Source: a virus. From it: a stretch of DNA of 64,000 nucleotides. This document shows, piece by piece, positions 1-9,802 of the stretch. Every line of letters starts with the position of its first letter. Within the stretch, counting starts at the first letter, position 1. The notes beneath the pieces were generated by a model. That model saw only the letters and a list, made by a program, of their open reading frames with translations, was not told the DNA's origin and did no database searches. The stretch spans positions 34,898 through 98,897 of the IMG/VR virus record IMGVR_UViG_3300036826_000567; one strand, written 5' to 3'. A program made the position numbers and the translations under genes.

Positions 1-969
1 GTCAATTCGCTCATCTACATCTATGATCGGCAACCCGAGCCGAAACTTCGCGCTGTCTTGGGCAAGCTCGGGCCGCTGGGGGCAGAATTTGGCCTCCAAC
101 TCCTCAATAGCCTTGGGCAAATCGTCTTTGATGCGCGTACGGGCATGAATGAGCATGGCATTGAAGACAGCGCGATCACGGCGGGCAAGATCCGAGTTGG
201 AGCTATTAATGCCGGCCATCTGACCACGACCAGCGCCGTGATCACGGCCACGGCCCAGATGGCCAATGCCATTATTGGCGATGCCCAGGTGAGCACGATT
301 ACCGTCAACAAGGTCATCAATGGCGTGATGGCCAACCTCTGGAACATCGGCGTTGGCAACAAGTTCTTCATCGATGGCTTCAACAGCAACCTCTATGTCT
401 ACGATGCCCAATTTGAATTTCCCGATAACCGGATTCGCGTCTTGCTCGGACGTGTCGGGAGTGGCGTGCAGGATTATGGGTTGCGGATCTGGGATGCCAG
501 CGGCACTCTCCAATGGGATTTCACGGGCGTGCGGACAGCAGGTATTACCCCCGGCAATGTCACCACGCCAACGGTGGCCGGCTACGCCATCACGAAAACC
601 GCCACGATGGTGGCGCCAGGACAGGTTACTACCGACAACACGCTGACGTCCGGGGGAGCCATCGCTATTGGCCCGCTCGCGAGTGAGGATCGTGTCCACA
701 TCATCATGAAGGTCAATGGTCAGAATATCGGCTCAACGGCGGCGCAACTCGAAACAACCCTGCGCGAAGATGATGGCTTTGGCTCCGTGCTCGATGTCGG
801 CTACCTGAAGGATAGCGGCCTGGGGACTGTGGTGATGCAGGGTGTCTTCATCGCACCTGTGGGCGGATTGGCGTCGAAAACGTTCGTCCTGATCTTCCGC
901 AATGCCATCGGAACGGATCTGGTGGGGGTGTCCAATCGCAGCTTTGTTGCCACGCTGCTTCAGAGGTGA
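1..969 (+). CDS. Phage tail / host-specificity-like protein, C-terminal part (5'-truncated by window)
   Basis: Frame is open from base 1. Contains internally repeated unit (IYIYDRQ..LRAVLGKLG / LYVYDAQ..IRVLLGRVG) and 'SAITAGKI..ITATAQMANAIIGDAQ' repeats typical of tail-tip proteins. Confidence 0.55.
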   Translation, partial: VNSLIYIYDRQPEPKLRAVLGKLGPLGAEFGLQLLNSLGQIVFDARTGMNEHGIEDSAITAGKIRVGAINAGHLTTTSAVITATAQMANAIIGDAQVSTITVNKVINGVMANLWNIGVGNKFFIDGFNSNLYVYDAQFEFPDNRIRVLLGRVGSGVQDYGLRIWDASGTLQWDFTGVRTAGITPGNVTTPTVAGYAITKTATMVAPGQVTTDNTLTSGGAIAIGPLASEDRVHIIMKVNGQNIGSTAAQLETTLREDDGFGSVLDVGYLKDSGLGTVVMQGVFIAPVGGLASKTFVLIFRNAIGTDLVGVSNRSFVATLLQR

Positions 970-1394
970 GAATGCAGCTTATCCACTATCGGCGGGAAGA
1001 TGGCAGTATTGAGGCGGTCTATGAATCAGGGCTCCGGGAGATCCTGGAACTCAACCGCCGCGAGGATGACGTGATTGCCTCGGTCTTCGTCGATGATCCC
1101 GTTCTCGCTGCCCACCATGAGCGCTACCAGATTGTGGATGGCTGGGTCCAATTGAAAAGCCAGCTCCTGCTCAGCGCGGAGCCTCCCGCTCTTCCTGCTG
1201 ATGGCATCTCAACGAGTACCATTACCGTGACGCCGTTTGTCCCTTGTCGGCTCGACGTCAACGGACGGCAGGTCATACTTACCCAGGATGATCCTATGCT
1301 GGTCCTGACGACGGATCAGGTGCAGCCAATCACCATCACGCTTGTGGCTATGCCAGGGTACTGGGCGCAGCCCCTCACCGTGGAGGCTGTCTAG
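966..1394 (+). CDS. Hypothetical tail-associated protein with Ig-like segment
   Basis: Overlaps the upstream stop codon; ALPADGISTSTITV Ig/invasin-like motif. Confidence 0.4.
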   Translation: MRMQLIHYRREDGSIEAVYESGLREILELNRREDDVIASVFVDDPVLAAHHERYQIVDGWVQLKSQLLLSAEPPALPADGISTSTITVTPFVPCRLDVNGRQVILTQDDPMLVLTTDQVQPITITLVAMPGYWAQPLTVEAV

Positions 1395-1396
1395 CC

Positions 1397-1606
1397 ATGC
1401 CCCGGCTTGACTTGCGCTTTGACCTGGCAGATCGCTTCACGCTCAACGAGCAGGTACTCTTGCGTGTGATGCAGCGCATGGTCAATCATATGCGGTTTTC
1501 AGCGTCAGGCTTTCTCAGTGACGAGGATGTGCGCGTGTTCGTCCAAGAGGTATTTCGCGATCTACAACCTCGCACCCCTGGCATGCCCAGCCAGGAAGGA
1601 TCGTAG
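1397..1606 (+). CDS. Hypothetical protein
   Basis: GGAGG RBS; tight operon spacing. Confidence 0.5.
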   Translation: MPRLDLRFDLADRFTLNEQVLLRVMQRMVNHMRFSASGFLSDEDVRVFVQEVFRDLQPRTPGMPSQEGS

Positions 1607-1608
1607 GC

Positions 1609-2721
1609 GTGGCATACCTCGGACACGACGGCACTGGCCCAGACTGGCCTTACGAAATTGACACGATCCAGACGTTCGTCAATGGGCCGTCACCTGCGCC
1701 GGACAGTGATACTCGCCTGGACGCTGAGCTGGTCAACGATCTGTTGCGCACCCTGCGTGTCTTCGAAGTGACGATGGGCACGCAACCCCAGGGTGGTTTT
1801 GCCTCGGTCGCAGCCCGTCTCAACTTCTATCTCCCTGACGTGGGTGTGCCGCCCAACGTGATCGGCTTCGTCAACGAGACGACGCTGATCGTCCCAGGCA
1901 CGCAGCACCAGCTTGGCACACCGCAACTGGTCTGGAATCTGTGGGATGCCGGGACGCCTCGGCATACGATTGAGCCAGGAAGCTTCACCGTGCATCCGAC
2001 GTCCTATGATGTGCAACTCACCTTCAACGTGCCCCAATCAGGCACGCTGGTGCTCGATGCCCCTACGGCTCGCTATGAAGCCGCTATTACGACCGTGGCC
2101 AATACCCCGTTGACCATCCCTGGCACGGCGCATAGCCTGGCGACGGCTGATCTGTTCTGGGCGTTGTACACGGATGCCACGCCGCGTGTGGCCCTCGTCC
2201 CCCAGCGCTTGACAGTGCATCCCAGCAGCTTTGATGTCCAGATCACGACGAGCACCTCGGGCACGTTTCGCCTGGTCCTCACCCCTGGCCGCACGGCCTA
2301 TGCCACCAATTTTAGCGCAGTCTCGACGCCACCGTTCACCGTACTGGGGACGACCCATGACCTGCTCAGTGCCGCACTCCTCGCCCAGGTGTATGACAAT
2401 GCCACGCCGCGGGAAGCGATTCCGCCTGGCAGTTTAACCGTCGATCCCGCGAGTTTTAACGTGGAGTTGGCCTTCAACGTGGCACAGAGTGGGCGCCTCC
2501 TCCTCGCGGCTGTGGCGCCTCCCCCTGGAGCACCCTTGACGCTCTCGGCGCTCGCGGTGCAACAGCAGACCCAGTGGCCGCGTACCGGTCCGATTGATCC
2601 AGTCCCCGTGCTGATGCGCACCGTGCAGGCCCTTGAGGCACGGATTATGGCCCTCGAGGAATCGCAGCTTGCGCTTTTGAGCCACCTGACTGCTCCTATG
2701 CCAGAGGAACCTTCAGCATGA
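1609..2721 (+). CDS. Putative structural protein with three ~75-aa tandem repeats and C-terminal coiled coil
   Basis: Repeats of GTxHxL..L....D..TPR..I.PGSxTVxPxSFDV; C-terminal 'VQALEARIMALEE'. Confidence 0.6.
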   Translation: MAYLGHDGTGPDWPYEIDTIQTFVNGPSPAPDSDTRLDAELVNDLLRTLRVFEVTMGTQPQGGFASVAARLNFYLPDVGVPPNVIGFVNETTLIVPGTQHQLGTPQLVWNLWDAGTPRHTIEPGSFTVHPTSYDVQLTFNVPQSGTLVLDAPTARYEAAITTVANTPLTIPGTAHSLATADLFWALYTDATPRVALVPQRLTVHPSSFDVQITTSTSGTFRLVLTPGRTAYATNFSAVSTPPFTVLGTTHDLLSAALLAQVYDNATPREAIPPGSLTVDPASFNVELAFNVAQSGRLLLAAVAPPPGAPLTLSALAVQQQTQWPRTGPIDPVPVLMRTVQALEARIMALEESQLALLSHLTAPMPEEPSA

Positions 2722-4706
2722 GAAAAACGCTCTATCGTAGTATGGCTTTGCTCCTCCTGATGGTCTCACTCGCTTTTGGCCAGGCGCAGTTGATCAATGG
2801 CAGTCGCGTCATTGCCGGCTGGATCAATGCCGGCACGACCGCAGGCACGCAGCCGGCCTATACCCTCACGCTGAGTCCAGCCCTCCCTGGCTATGTCACT
2901 GGCACCTGCGTCCTCACGACCATCCATGCGGCCAATAGTGGTGCAAGTACGTTGAATGTCAATGGTCTTGGGGCCAAGCCGTTCAAAAAGTGGTCGAATG
3001 GCATCCTTGTCGATCTCGTCGCGAATGACTTCGCCGTCGGGCGCATGATTTCCGCCTGCTACGACGGCACCAACATGCAGGTGATGTCGCTCGGCGGGGA
3101 TGCCCCCTTAGCGACGGCCCCCGATGACACGATCATCATGGGAAACGGCACGGCCTGGCAGCAGGTGGCCATTCCCAACTGCGTTGATCCTAATCATCTC
3201 AACTACACGGCGGCAACCAATACGTGGTTATGTGGGAGCGGCGGTACGGGGACCGGTGGGCACATCATCAAAGATGAAACGACAACCTTACCTGCCCAGC
3301 CCATCTTAACCTTTTTGGGTGCTGGCATTACGTGCGCCAACAATATTCCGAACACCGCGACCGAGTGTGTTGTGACCGGGACAGGAACCGGGCTCCCAGG
3401 CGCCGCAGGTACCGGCATTATCGTCCAGAACTCTATGACCCCAACGACGATCAACCGCACGCTCCAGGTTGATACCAGCCAACTCCAGATTGCCAATGCC
3501 AACGGCGTGGCGGGTGATCCGCTCATCAGTATCAAGCAAGGCGCCGTCCTCAGCAATCCAGTCATCTCCAGCGTCAATGCGCAGACCGGCACGACCTATA
3601 CCATGCTAGCCTCCGATGTCTGGAAGCTGGTGACATTCTCCAATGCCTCGCCCATCGCTGTGACGCTGCCCCAGGCGACGACCGCGGGCTTCACCGCCGG
3701 CACGGTCTTTCCGGTACGCAATCTCGGGCCAAGCATCGTCATCATCACGCCGACCACCTCGACCATTGACAGCGCGGCCTCGCTCAGCCTAGCAGCCAAT
3801 GATAGTGCGCTCATCTACTCCAATGGGGCGCACTATGTGACGCAGCGCATGGGGCCTCCGCTCGGATTCACGGCAGTGCCTATCACGCGCCAGGTGAACA
3901 GCCATCCGCTCTCCAGCGATGTCATCGTGACCAAAGCGGACGTGGGGTTGAGCAACGTCGATAACACCAGCGACGCCACAAAGAATAGCGCGACGGCCAT
4001 CCTGGAAAATAAGCAGGTCGTCCCCCGCGTCCTCTCGCTCTCGGGTGGCACCTGCACCGTGGGTGGCACCTGTACCGGGACCGTCAGCGCACCCAATGCC
4101 GACAATGGCGACATCTACTACCACTACAACATCACCGGCGACATCACGATCCCAAACCCCACCGCCACCGGCAGCAACCCGCGGCATGGCCAGGTCATCA
4201 CGTTCATGTTCTTGTGCGACACCCCGCACAGTATTGCTTGGGGCGGCAATTTTTCAGCAGAGAACAGTCTCCCACTCTTGCCGAGTTGCACCGGGGGCGG
4301 GACGTACGATCAAGTCGCCACCCGCTACAACACCAACTCCCTGAAGTGGGGCGTTATAGCTGGAACGAGAAGTGCTCGTGGCGTGGTGGCGTTCAATACC
4401 ACGAGCACCAGCTATACGCTCACGTGCCCCGCCGACGCCGCCAGCCTCTGCGAATTACAGAACACTGCCGTGAGTACCGGCGCGATTACGGTAGCTGCCC
4501 CTACCGGGACGTTTTTTAATGGCCAGCAGTTAAGGTTTAGGTTTCTATGTACTAATGCGCAGTCGATCACCTGGAATGCCATCTTCGTCAATTCGCCCAA
4601 TGTGACGGCTCCCGCGAATTGCCCTGCGGGCACCTCGGCTTTCACGATGGCGGGCGCCGAGTATAGCACTGTTTTATCTAAGTTCCAGATTATTGCAACA
4701 AATTGA
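2718..4706 (+). CDS. Tail-fibre-like Thr/Gly-rich protein with N-terminal signal peptide
   Basis: Signal-like MRKTLYRSMALLLLMVSLAFGQA; fibre motifs NSGASTLNVNGLGAK, NAQTGTTYT and VTKADVGLSNVDNTSD; two repeated C-terminal domains. Confidence 0.6.
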   Translation: MRKTLYRSMALLLLMVSLAFGQAQLINGSRVIAGWINAGTTAGTQPAYTLTLSPALPGYVTGTCVLTTIHAANSGASTLNVNGLGAKPFKKWSNGILVDLVANDFAVGRMISACYDGTNMQVMSLGGDAPLATAPDDTIIMGNGTAWQQVAIPNCVDPNHLNYTAATNTWLCGSGGTGTGGHIIKDETTTLPAQPILTFLGAGITCANNIPNTATECVVTGTGTGLPGAAGTGIIVQNSMTPTTINRTLQVDTSQLQIANANGVAGDPLISIKQGAVLSNPVISSVNAQTGTTYTMLASDVWKLVTFSNASPIAVTLPQATTAGFTAGTVFPVRNLGPSIVIITPTTSTIDSAASLSLAANDSALIYSNGAHYVTQRMGPPLGFTAVPITRQVNSHPLSSDVIVTKADVGLSNVDNTSDATKNSATAILENKQVVPRVLSLSGGTCTVGGTCTGTVSAPNADNGDIYYHYNITGDITIPNPTATGSNPRHGQVITFMFLCDTPHSIAWGGNFSAENSLPLLPSCTGGGTYDQVATRYNTNSLKWGVIAGTRSARGVVAFNTTSTSYTLTCPADAASLCELQNTAVSTGAITVAAPTGTFFNGQQLRFRFLCTNAQSITWNAIFVNSPNVTAPANCPAGTSAFTMAGAEYSTVLSKFQIIATN

Positions 4707-4725
4707 ACTATAAGGAGACTTCTCT

Positions 4726-5265
4726 ATGAAATTTTCCTCTATCGGCCCCGCCTGGTGCTTCCTGGCGCTCCTGCTCTACGCTGCCTATGGCCAGGCGCAA
4801 GAATGTACACAGGCTGAATTGTCAGCCGAGTTCTCTACAGATCCCACCGCCCGTGGCTATGCCACCTGCACGGATGATCCGTGCTATCTGGACAAGCTGA
4901 ACGAACCATGCATCGGCAATGCGAACTGCAACAAGGTGGAGAATGTCCTGACGCGCGAGCAGATTTATCAGACGATCATTGACGCTACTGAGCTTGACAC
5001 GCTAGCGAACGGCACCGCGCCTGCCGATGTCAAGCACCAGAAGGAACTCGGGTGGCTGCTGAATGCGACCACCTGGAATATGGCACTCAATAGTTCGCAG
5101 AAACACTGGAAAAATCCGTTTCCAAGTTCTACGAGTCCTATTACAAACGCCGCGATAGACGCGGCAAAACTCCGGGATGCGTCGCGGTGTCAGGCCGTGT
5201 GTAGTAAGAGTGCCTGCACCCTGTCCGAGGTGTCATGTGGGTTGCGCGGCGATGATTGCCAGTAG
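4726..5265 (+). CDS. Secreted Cys-rich hypothetical protein
   Basis: Signal peptide ending YGQA; AAGGAG RBS; multiple Cys. Confidence 0.6.
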   Translation: MKFSSIGPAWCFLALLLYAAYGQAQECTQAELSAEFSTDPTARGYATCTDDPCYLDKLNEPCIGNANCNKVENVLTREQIYQTIIDATELDTLANGTAPADVKHQKELGWLLNATTWNMALNSSQKHWKNPFPSSTSPITNAAIDAAKLRDASRCQAVCSKSACTLSEVSCGLRGDDCQ

Positions 5266-5274
5266 AGGAGATCG

Positions 5275-5781
5275 ATGCCCATGATGAGACGCCTACTTGT
5301 TTTCCTGCTCATCAGCCTGTTGCTCGCGTCCCCGACCTGGGCCGCCACTGTCACCAAGCTCCAATCCAGTACGCAGGACACCTGGCATACCGGGGGTGCA
5401 GGGCTCACCAGCGGCTCGACCGTCCTGAGTAGCGCGGTCACCGTCACGAGCGCCGGCTATCTCGGGGCCAACTGTCTCCTCAATGTCGCGTCCTTCTCGA
5501 CGAATGTCACGGCAGGGACCGCGGTCGTGGCCTGGTTCATCGTCTCGCCAGATGGCGGCACGACGTACCCTGATACCGCTTCCACGCCGCAGTGGACTCC
5601 CGACATGATTTTTCCCCTGCAGGGGGGCATCAGTACGCAGCAAATCATTCCCTTTGAGATTCCGCTGGGCAAACTGCCCGTAGGGAGCTTCAAAGTGCTC
5701 ATTAAAAACGATGCGACCGGCGCCACGATGAACACCGCATGGACACTCAAATGCAAACCTTTCACGCTCCAATCCAACTAA
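5275..5781 (+). CDS. Secreted beta-sandwich hypothetical protein
   Basis: Signal peptide ending TWA; GAGGAG RBS. Confidence 0.6.
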   Translation: MPMMRRLLVFLLISLLLASPTWAATVTKLQSSTQDTWHTGGAGLTSGSTVLSSAVTVTSAGYLGANCLLNVASFSTNVTAGTAVVAWFIVSPDGGTTYPDTASTPQWTPDMIFPLQGGISTQQIIPFEIPLGKLPVGSFKVLIKNDATGATMNTAWTLKCKPFTLQSN

Positions 5782-6554
5782 TCCTGCTGGTGCTCCTCGG
5801 CTGGGTGGCCCTCGCCTCGGCCCAGAGCAATGATAAGCCCATCCTCTGGTGGCGCTTCGATGAGGTTGGCGGCAACAAAGCCTATGATGCCAGCGGCAAT
5901 GGGAACACCGGCGTCTTCAGCTCGGCGACGATGACGCGGCCCAATGACCCCGTCCATCGCGGCGTCGTACAACAGCCAAGCACCTATGCGACGGTGACGG
6001 CCACGCATGTGCCCGAACTCAATCCGGGCAGCAGTAATTTTACGGTGACGCTCTGGATCAAAAATAGTCAGCCCACCATTGATTCGGTGTTCTTCGTGAA
6101 GGGGAACTATGCCGGGCCGTTTACCTCCATTTACCTCTGGACAGCCTCGGCGGGAGGCGGCGTGGACAATTATTACAATGGCTCAGCGGATATCAGCCTG
6201 GGCGCCTCGACGTCTGCCTGGAAGCATCTGGCCGTGACCCGGGCAGGGACCAGTATTACCACCTATGCCAATGGCAGTCAGGTCGCGACGGGCACGCATA
6301 GTACCTCGCTGAGCAACACCAACAACCTGACACTCGGTGGGGCGAGTGACGCGACGGCCTGGTGCGTGTGTAGTTTTAGCGATGTGCGCCTCTATTATCG
6401 CGCGATGACGGCCGCTGAGATCCGCCAGGTCTACCGCGAGGGGCTGATGCCACCTCCTGCGCCCGCATCGGTGACCGATCTTGCTGCCGCCCTCCTCCTG
6501 AGCCCTGCTGGAGGCGCCAAAGGGAGCTTTTTCCGGTTCTTCGAGCCGCAATAA
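5739..6554 (+). CDS. LamG / concanavalin-A-like domain protein with signal peptide
   Basis: WWRFDE..AYDASGNGNTG, FTVTLWIK, WKHLAVT and SDVRLYYRAMTAAEI are characteristic LamG-like motifs. Confidence 0.85.
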   Translation: MDTQMQTFHAPIQLILLVLLGWVALASAQSNDKPILWWRFDEVGGNKAYDASGNGNTGVFSSATMTRPNDPVHRGVVQQPSTYATVTATHVPELNPGSSNFTVTLWIKNSQPTIDSVFFVKGNYAGPFTSIYLWTASAGGGVDNYYNGSADISLGASTSAWKHLAVTRAGTSITTYANGSQVATGTHSTSLSNTNNLTLGGASDATAWCVCSFSDVRLYYRAMTAAEIRQVYREGLMPPPAPASVTDLAAALLLSPAGGAKGSFFRFFEPQ

Positions 6555-6565
6555 AGGGAACGCTT

Positions 6566-9160
6566 ATGCCGCTCTGCTCCATCGTCCTCGGTCTTCTCGC
6601 TCTCCTGCTCTGGCTCCAGCCGGTTGACGCGCTCAATGCCCAGTATTACTTGCATCCGGGCAGTGGCAACGATAGCTGGGCTGGTACCAGTCCCACGCTG
6701 AGTGCGCCCAACGGTCCGTGGAAGACGCTCAACAAAGCCGCTGCCAGTACGGGGCAGGGCGATGTCGTCACGATTCTGCCAGGCAGCTACACCAGCACCC
6801 AGATTATCAGCAGTGGGAGCGCGCCGAATCGCTGGTTGCGTTGGACCGAAAGCCTGGGGAAGGGCGTGGCTGGGAACCCGATCACGATCCAGGCCACGCC
6901 CGGTACCGTCACGATTGATGCCCAACTGAACGACTACCTCATCTCGTTCTGGCCCAACGGCGTGACAACCGCCTTTTATGTGGTCGTCAAGGGCCTGACT
7001 ATCACCAACACGCGGGGGGGCGGCCTGGATGTCTCGGGTGATCCCACTATCAGCTCGGCGCCCAGCGCCTATTTCAGCACCCATGTGGCGTTCCTCGACA
7101 ACCGCATCACCAATGTCGGCTCGCTGTGTAGCGCGCCATTTGGCACCACCTCGGCCAACCATATCATCTGGCAGCATAACTCCCTCTTCAATAGTGGCGA
7201 TCCGAGCATTTATGCCGCGGGCTGTGGGGCGGATACGTCCTCGCAACACTGGGTCTACCCCGGCCATAATGTCCAGTATAGCGTGGTGGACGGCAATACG
7301 TTCGAGAGCAATTCTGGCCACGGCGTGCATTATTTCGGCAATGATAGTGCCTTTGCCCACCTCTACGACCACACGATCATTCGGCGCAACATCCTCATTA
7401 ATGCGGCGGTGACTGGGATGATTACCAGTCGATCCAATTTTGACCACACGTATATCTACCACAATACGCTGTATCAGGAGGCCGACCCCTATCCTGCCGC
7501 CCCCTGGACGCCGAGCGGGCGGGCGAGCTACGGCATCGCGCAACATCTGAGTACGTCGCTGCAGCGCACAATCATCAAAAATAATATTGTCTATGGCTAT
7601 GCCGATTCAGGCATGCTGTTTGCCGACGCGAATAGCAACTTTAATGGCACCTTAACGCTGGACTATAATCTGATTGACAACCTCTTTGATAGCACCAAGG
7701 CGTACAATTTCGATGGGACCGGGCGGAACTTGACGAGCTTCAAGGCCGCCTATCCGACCTATGCGCAGCACAGCCTCCAGGCCAATCCCCAGTTTACCAA
7801 TCCGGCCAGTCCCACGCGGGATTTCAGCCTGGGGGCCACGTCACCCGCCAAGAATGCCGGCGATTTTCTCACCCAGGCGACGAACAGCGGGACGGGCAGC
7901 ACGAGTCTCCAGGTGGCGGACGCCGGATATTTCCATGACGGCTTCGGGTTGATCGCAGGGGATACGATCCAGGTTGGCACCGGGCAGGCCCCGGTCGTGG
8001 TCACCGCCGTGAATTATAGCACCAACACTCTCACCCTCCAGAATGCGCGCACCTGGACTTCGGGGACCAACGTGTCGCTGCCCTATAGTGACACCAAGCC
8101 GGATATGGGGGCGCTGGAGAGTGCAGTGGTGGCCAGTCCAGTCACGGTGTTTGTCGATGACGATGCGGCCAATGACAGCCAGCCCTGCGCGAGTGTGGAT
8201 ATCACCCATCCCCGCAAGACGACGGCGGGCGGCGTAACCTGTCTCACCCCGGGCTCGACGCTGTATTTCCGGGCCGGCACCTATGATCTGCTCACGTCCG
8301 CGACGATGACGATTCCCGGCGGCAGTGACTGGGCCAGTGCCACGACATTTGCCGCCTACGGTGGCGAAGCCGTCACCCTGCGGACGACGGCCATCAACTC
8401 GTCGGTCGTACAATTAGCAGCGCCAGGGACGAATCAGTACATCGTCTTTGACCGCCTGACCCTGGATGCCCAGAGTCTCGCCAACACCTATGGGCTCCAG
8501 CTCAATGGCGTCAGCAACATTCGGTTCCAAAATGGCACCATCAAGAACGCGACGAACCCGTGCGTGTATACCCCGGGCAGCAGTGGCATTGAGATCCTGG
8601 CGAGTCGGATCTTTGGGTGTGACGATGGCGTAAACATGGGGACGACGACCAGCAGCCTCGTCGCCAACAACCTGCTCTATGGCAACAATCGGGGGGTCGC
8701 GGTGCGCTCGGGCAGTACCGGCGTCAAGGTCTACTACAACAGCGCAGGGAACAACGCGGTGCGCGGGCTGAACATTGTCACCGGCGCCGTCAATACGGAG
8801 CTGCGCGGCAACATCAGCTTCGCCAACACGAGCGACCCGAGCCAGCAGATCCTCGATGAGACGGGGGGCACCAGCGGCAATGTCGTCGCCAACAACCTGA
8901 CGACGGACCCAGCCTGGCTCAACGGCCCGGCCAACGATTTCCACCTGACGAGCAGTAGCACCGGGGCACTCAATACGGGGGTAGCCCTGCCCGAGGTGAT
9001 GACGGACTTCGAGGGGACGGTGCGCCCAACCGCTCCCGGGAGCAATCCGGACCTCGGAGCGCTTGAGTGTGGCGCAGCCTGTGCGGGGCCGCCGGTGCCC
9101 CCCTCAGTCTCGACGCCACTGCCAGCGCCGCCGTATATCACGCACTTTTTGGCACGGTGA
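6566..9160 (+). CDS. Secreted right-handed parallel beta-helix (pectin-lyase-like) protein with two beta-helix modules
   Basis: Signal peptide; GSGNDSWAGT..PWKTLNKA, Asn-ladder repeats, DFSLGATSPAKNAG and PDMGALE motifs, repeated in the second half. Confidence 0.85.
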   Translation: MPLCSIVLGLLALLLWLQPVDALNAQYYLHPGSGNDSWAGTSPTLSAPNGPWKTLNKAAASTGQGDVVTILPGSYTSTQIISSGSAPNRWLRWTESLGKGVAGNPITIQATPGTVTIDAQLNDYLISFWPNGVTTAFYVVVKGLTITNTRGGGLDVSGDPTISSAPSAYFSTHVAFLDNRITNVGSLCSAPFGTTSANHIIWQHNSLFNSGDPSIYAAGCGADTSSQHWVYPGHNVQYSVVDGNTFESNSGHGVHYFGNDSAFAHLYDHTIIRRNILINAAVTGMITSRSNFDHTYIYHNTLYQEADPYPAAPWTPSGRASYGIAQHLSTSLQRTIIKNNIVYGYADSGMLFADANSNFNGTLTLDYNLIDNLFDSTKAYNFDGTGRNLTSFKAAYPTYAQHSLQANPQFTNPASPTRDFSLGATSPAKNAGDFLTQATNSGTGSTSLQVADAGYFHDGFGLIAGDTIQVGTGQAPVVVTAVNYSTNTLTLQNARTWTSGTNVSLPYSDTKPDMGALESAVVASPVTVFVDDDAANDSQPCASVDITHPRKTTAGGVTCLTPGSTLYFRAGTYDLLTSATMTIPGGSDWASATTFAAYGGEAVTLRTTAINSSVVQLAAPGTNQYIVFDRLTLDAQSLANTYGLQLNGVSNIRFQNGTIKNATNPCVYTPGSSGIEILASRIFGCDDGVNMGTTTSSLVANNLLYGNNRGVAVRSGSTGVKVYYNSAGNNAVRGLNIVTGAVNTELRGNISFANTSDPSQQILDETGGTSGNVVANNLTTDPAWLNGPANDFHLTSSSTGALNTGVALPEVMTDFEGTVRPTAPGSNPDLGALECGAACAGPPVPPSVSTPLPAPPYITHFLAR

Positions 9161-9171
9161 GGAGGAAACGT

Positions 9172-9333
9172 ATGGCCCTGATCCTGATTATCGTGTTGCT
9201 CATCCTCGCCCTCGGCGGGCTCCCAGGCCCGTGGTGGCCGGGGACGGTCCATTCATGGGGATATGGCCCGTCGGGCGTGATTGGCATAGTATTAATTGTC
9301 CTCATCATACTGCTTCTCATGGGCCGTATATGA
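9172..9333 (+). CDS. DUF3309-family small membrane protein
   Basis: ILIIVLLILALGGLP..W..HSWGYGPSG..LLLMGRI pattern; GAGGAGG RBS. Confidence 0.8.
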   Translation: MALILIIVLLILALGGLPGPWWPGTVHSWGYGPSGVIGIVLIVLIILLLMGRI

Positions 9334-9599
9334 GGGGATGGCTGCTCCTCGTCTGCCTGCTGTGTGGGGGGTGCCATTCTGGCACCAGTCAGACCGCATT
9401 TATGCTTGGGACAGCGGCGCTGGCTACTGAGAATATGACACCCAGGGCCTGCCTCTGGGTGGTCGGTTCCGTGGGTGGGTTTCGAGGCGCCCAAATTTTG
9501 ATCGCTCATGGCGGAGCATCACTTGAAGAATGCGCCAAAGTTCATGCCCTGAGCCAATATTATTCCTCTCCACTACCTCCAACATCCCCGCCACCATGA
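9330..9599 (+). CDS. Putative lipoprotein
   Basis: MRGWLLLVCLLCGGC lipobox-like N-terminus; ATGA overlap with the upstream gene. Confidence 0.5.
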   Translation: MRGWLLLVCLLCGGCHSGTSQTAFMLGTAALATENMTPRACLWVVGSVGGFRGAQILIAHGGASLEECAKVHALSQYYSSPLPPTSPPP

Positions 9600-9802
9600 T
9601 TGACTCCAGCTTAGATGTGTCGCCACGTCAGCCTCTCCACAATATCATGGACAGTTCGTCTGCTCGTGTCATGTTTTATAGCTATGTGCGTTTTCCTCAT
9701 CCCATTCGAATAATCGGCCCGTATAGCAAGAGCTTTTTCTACGGTTATAAGAGCTCTTGGGTGATCTGCCCGTTCCACCGCCCCCCCCTCAATGATCCCT
9801 TT

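Noticed and set aside
4045-4080. 18-bp tandem duplication (GGTCTV twice)
   Set aside because: Local coding duplication with no sign of wider function.
9172-9599. DUF3309 plus lipoprotein as holin/spanin lysis cassette
   Set aside because: The position is suggestive, but no endolysin or i-spanin is visible, so support is insufficient.
9600-9800. AT-rich gap as a dif/att site
   Set aside because: No convincing XerC/XerD arms and no matching direct repeat found elsewhere.
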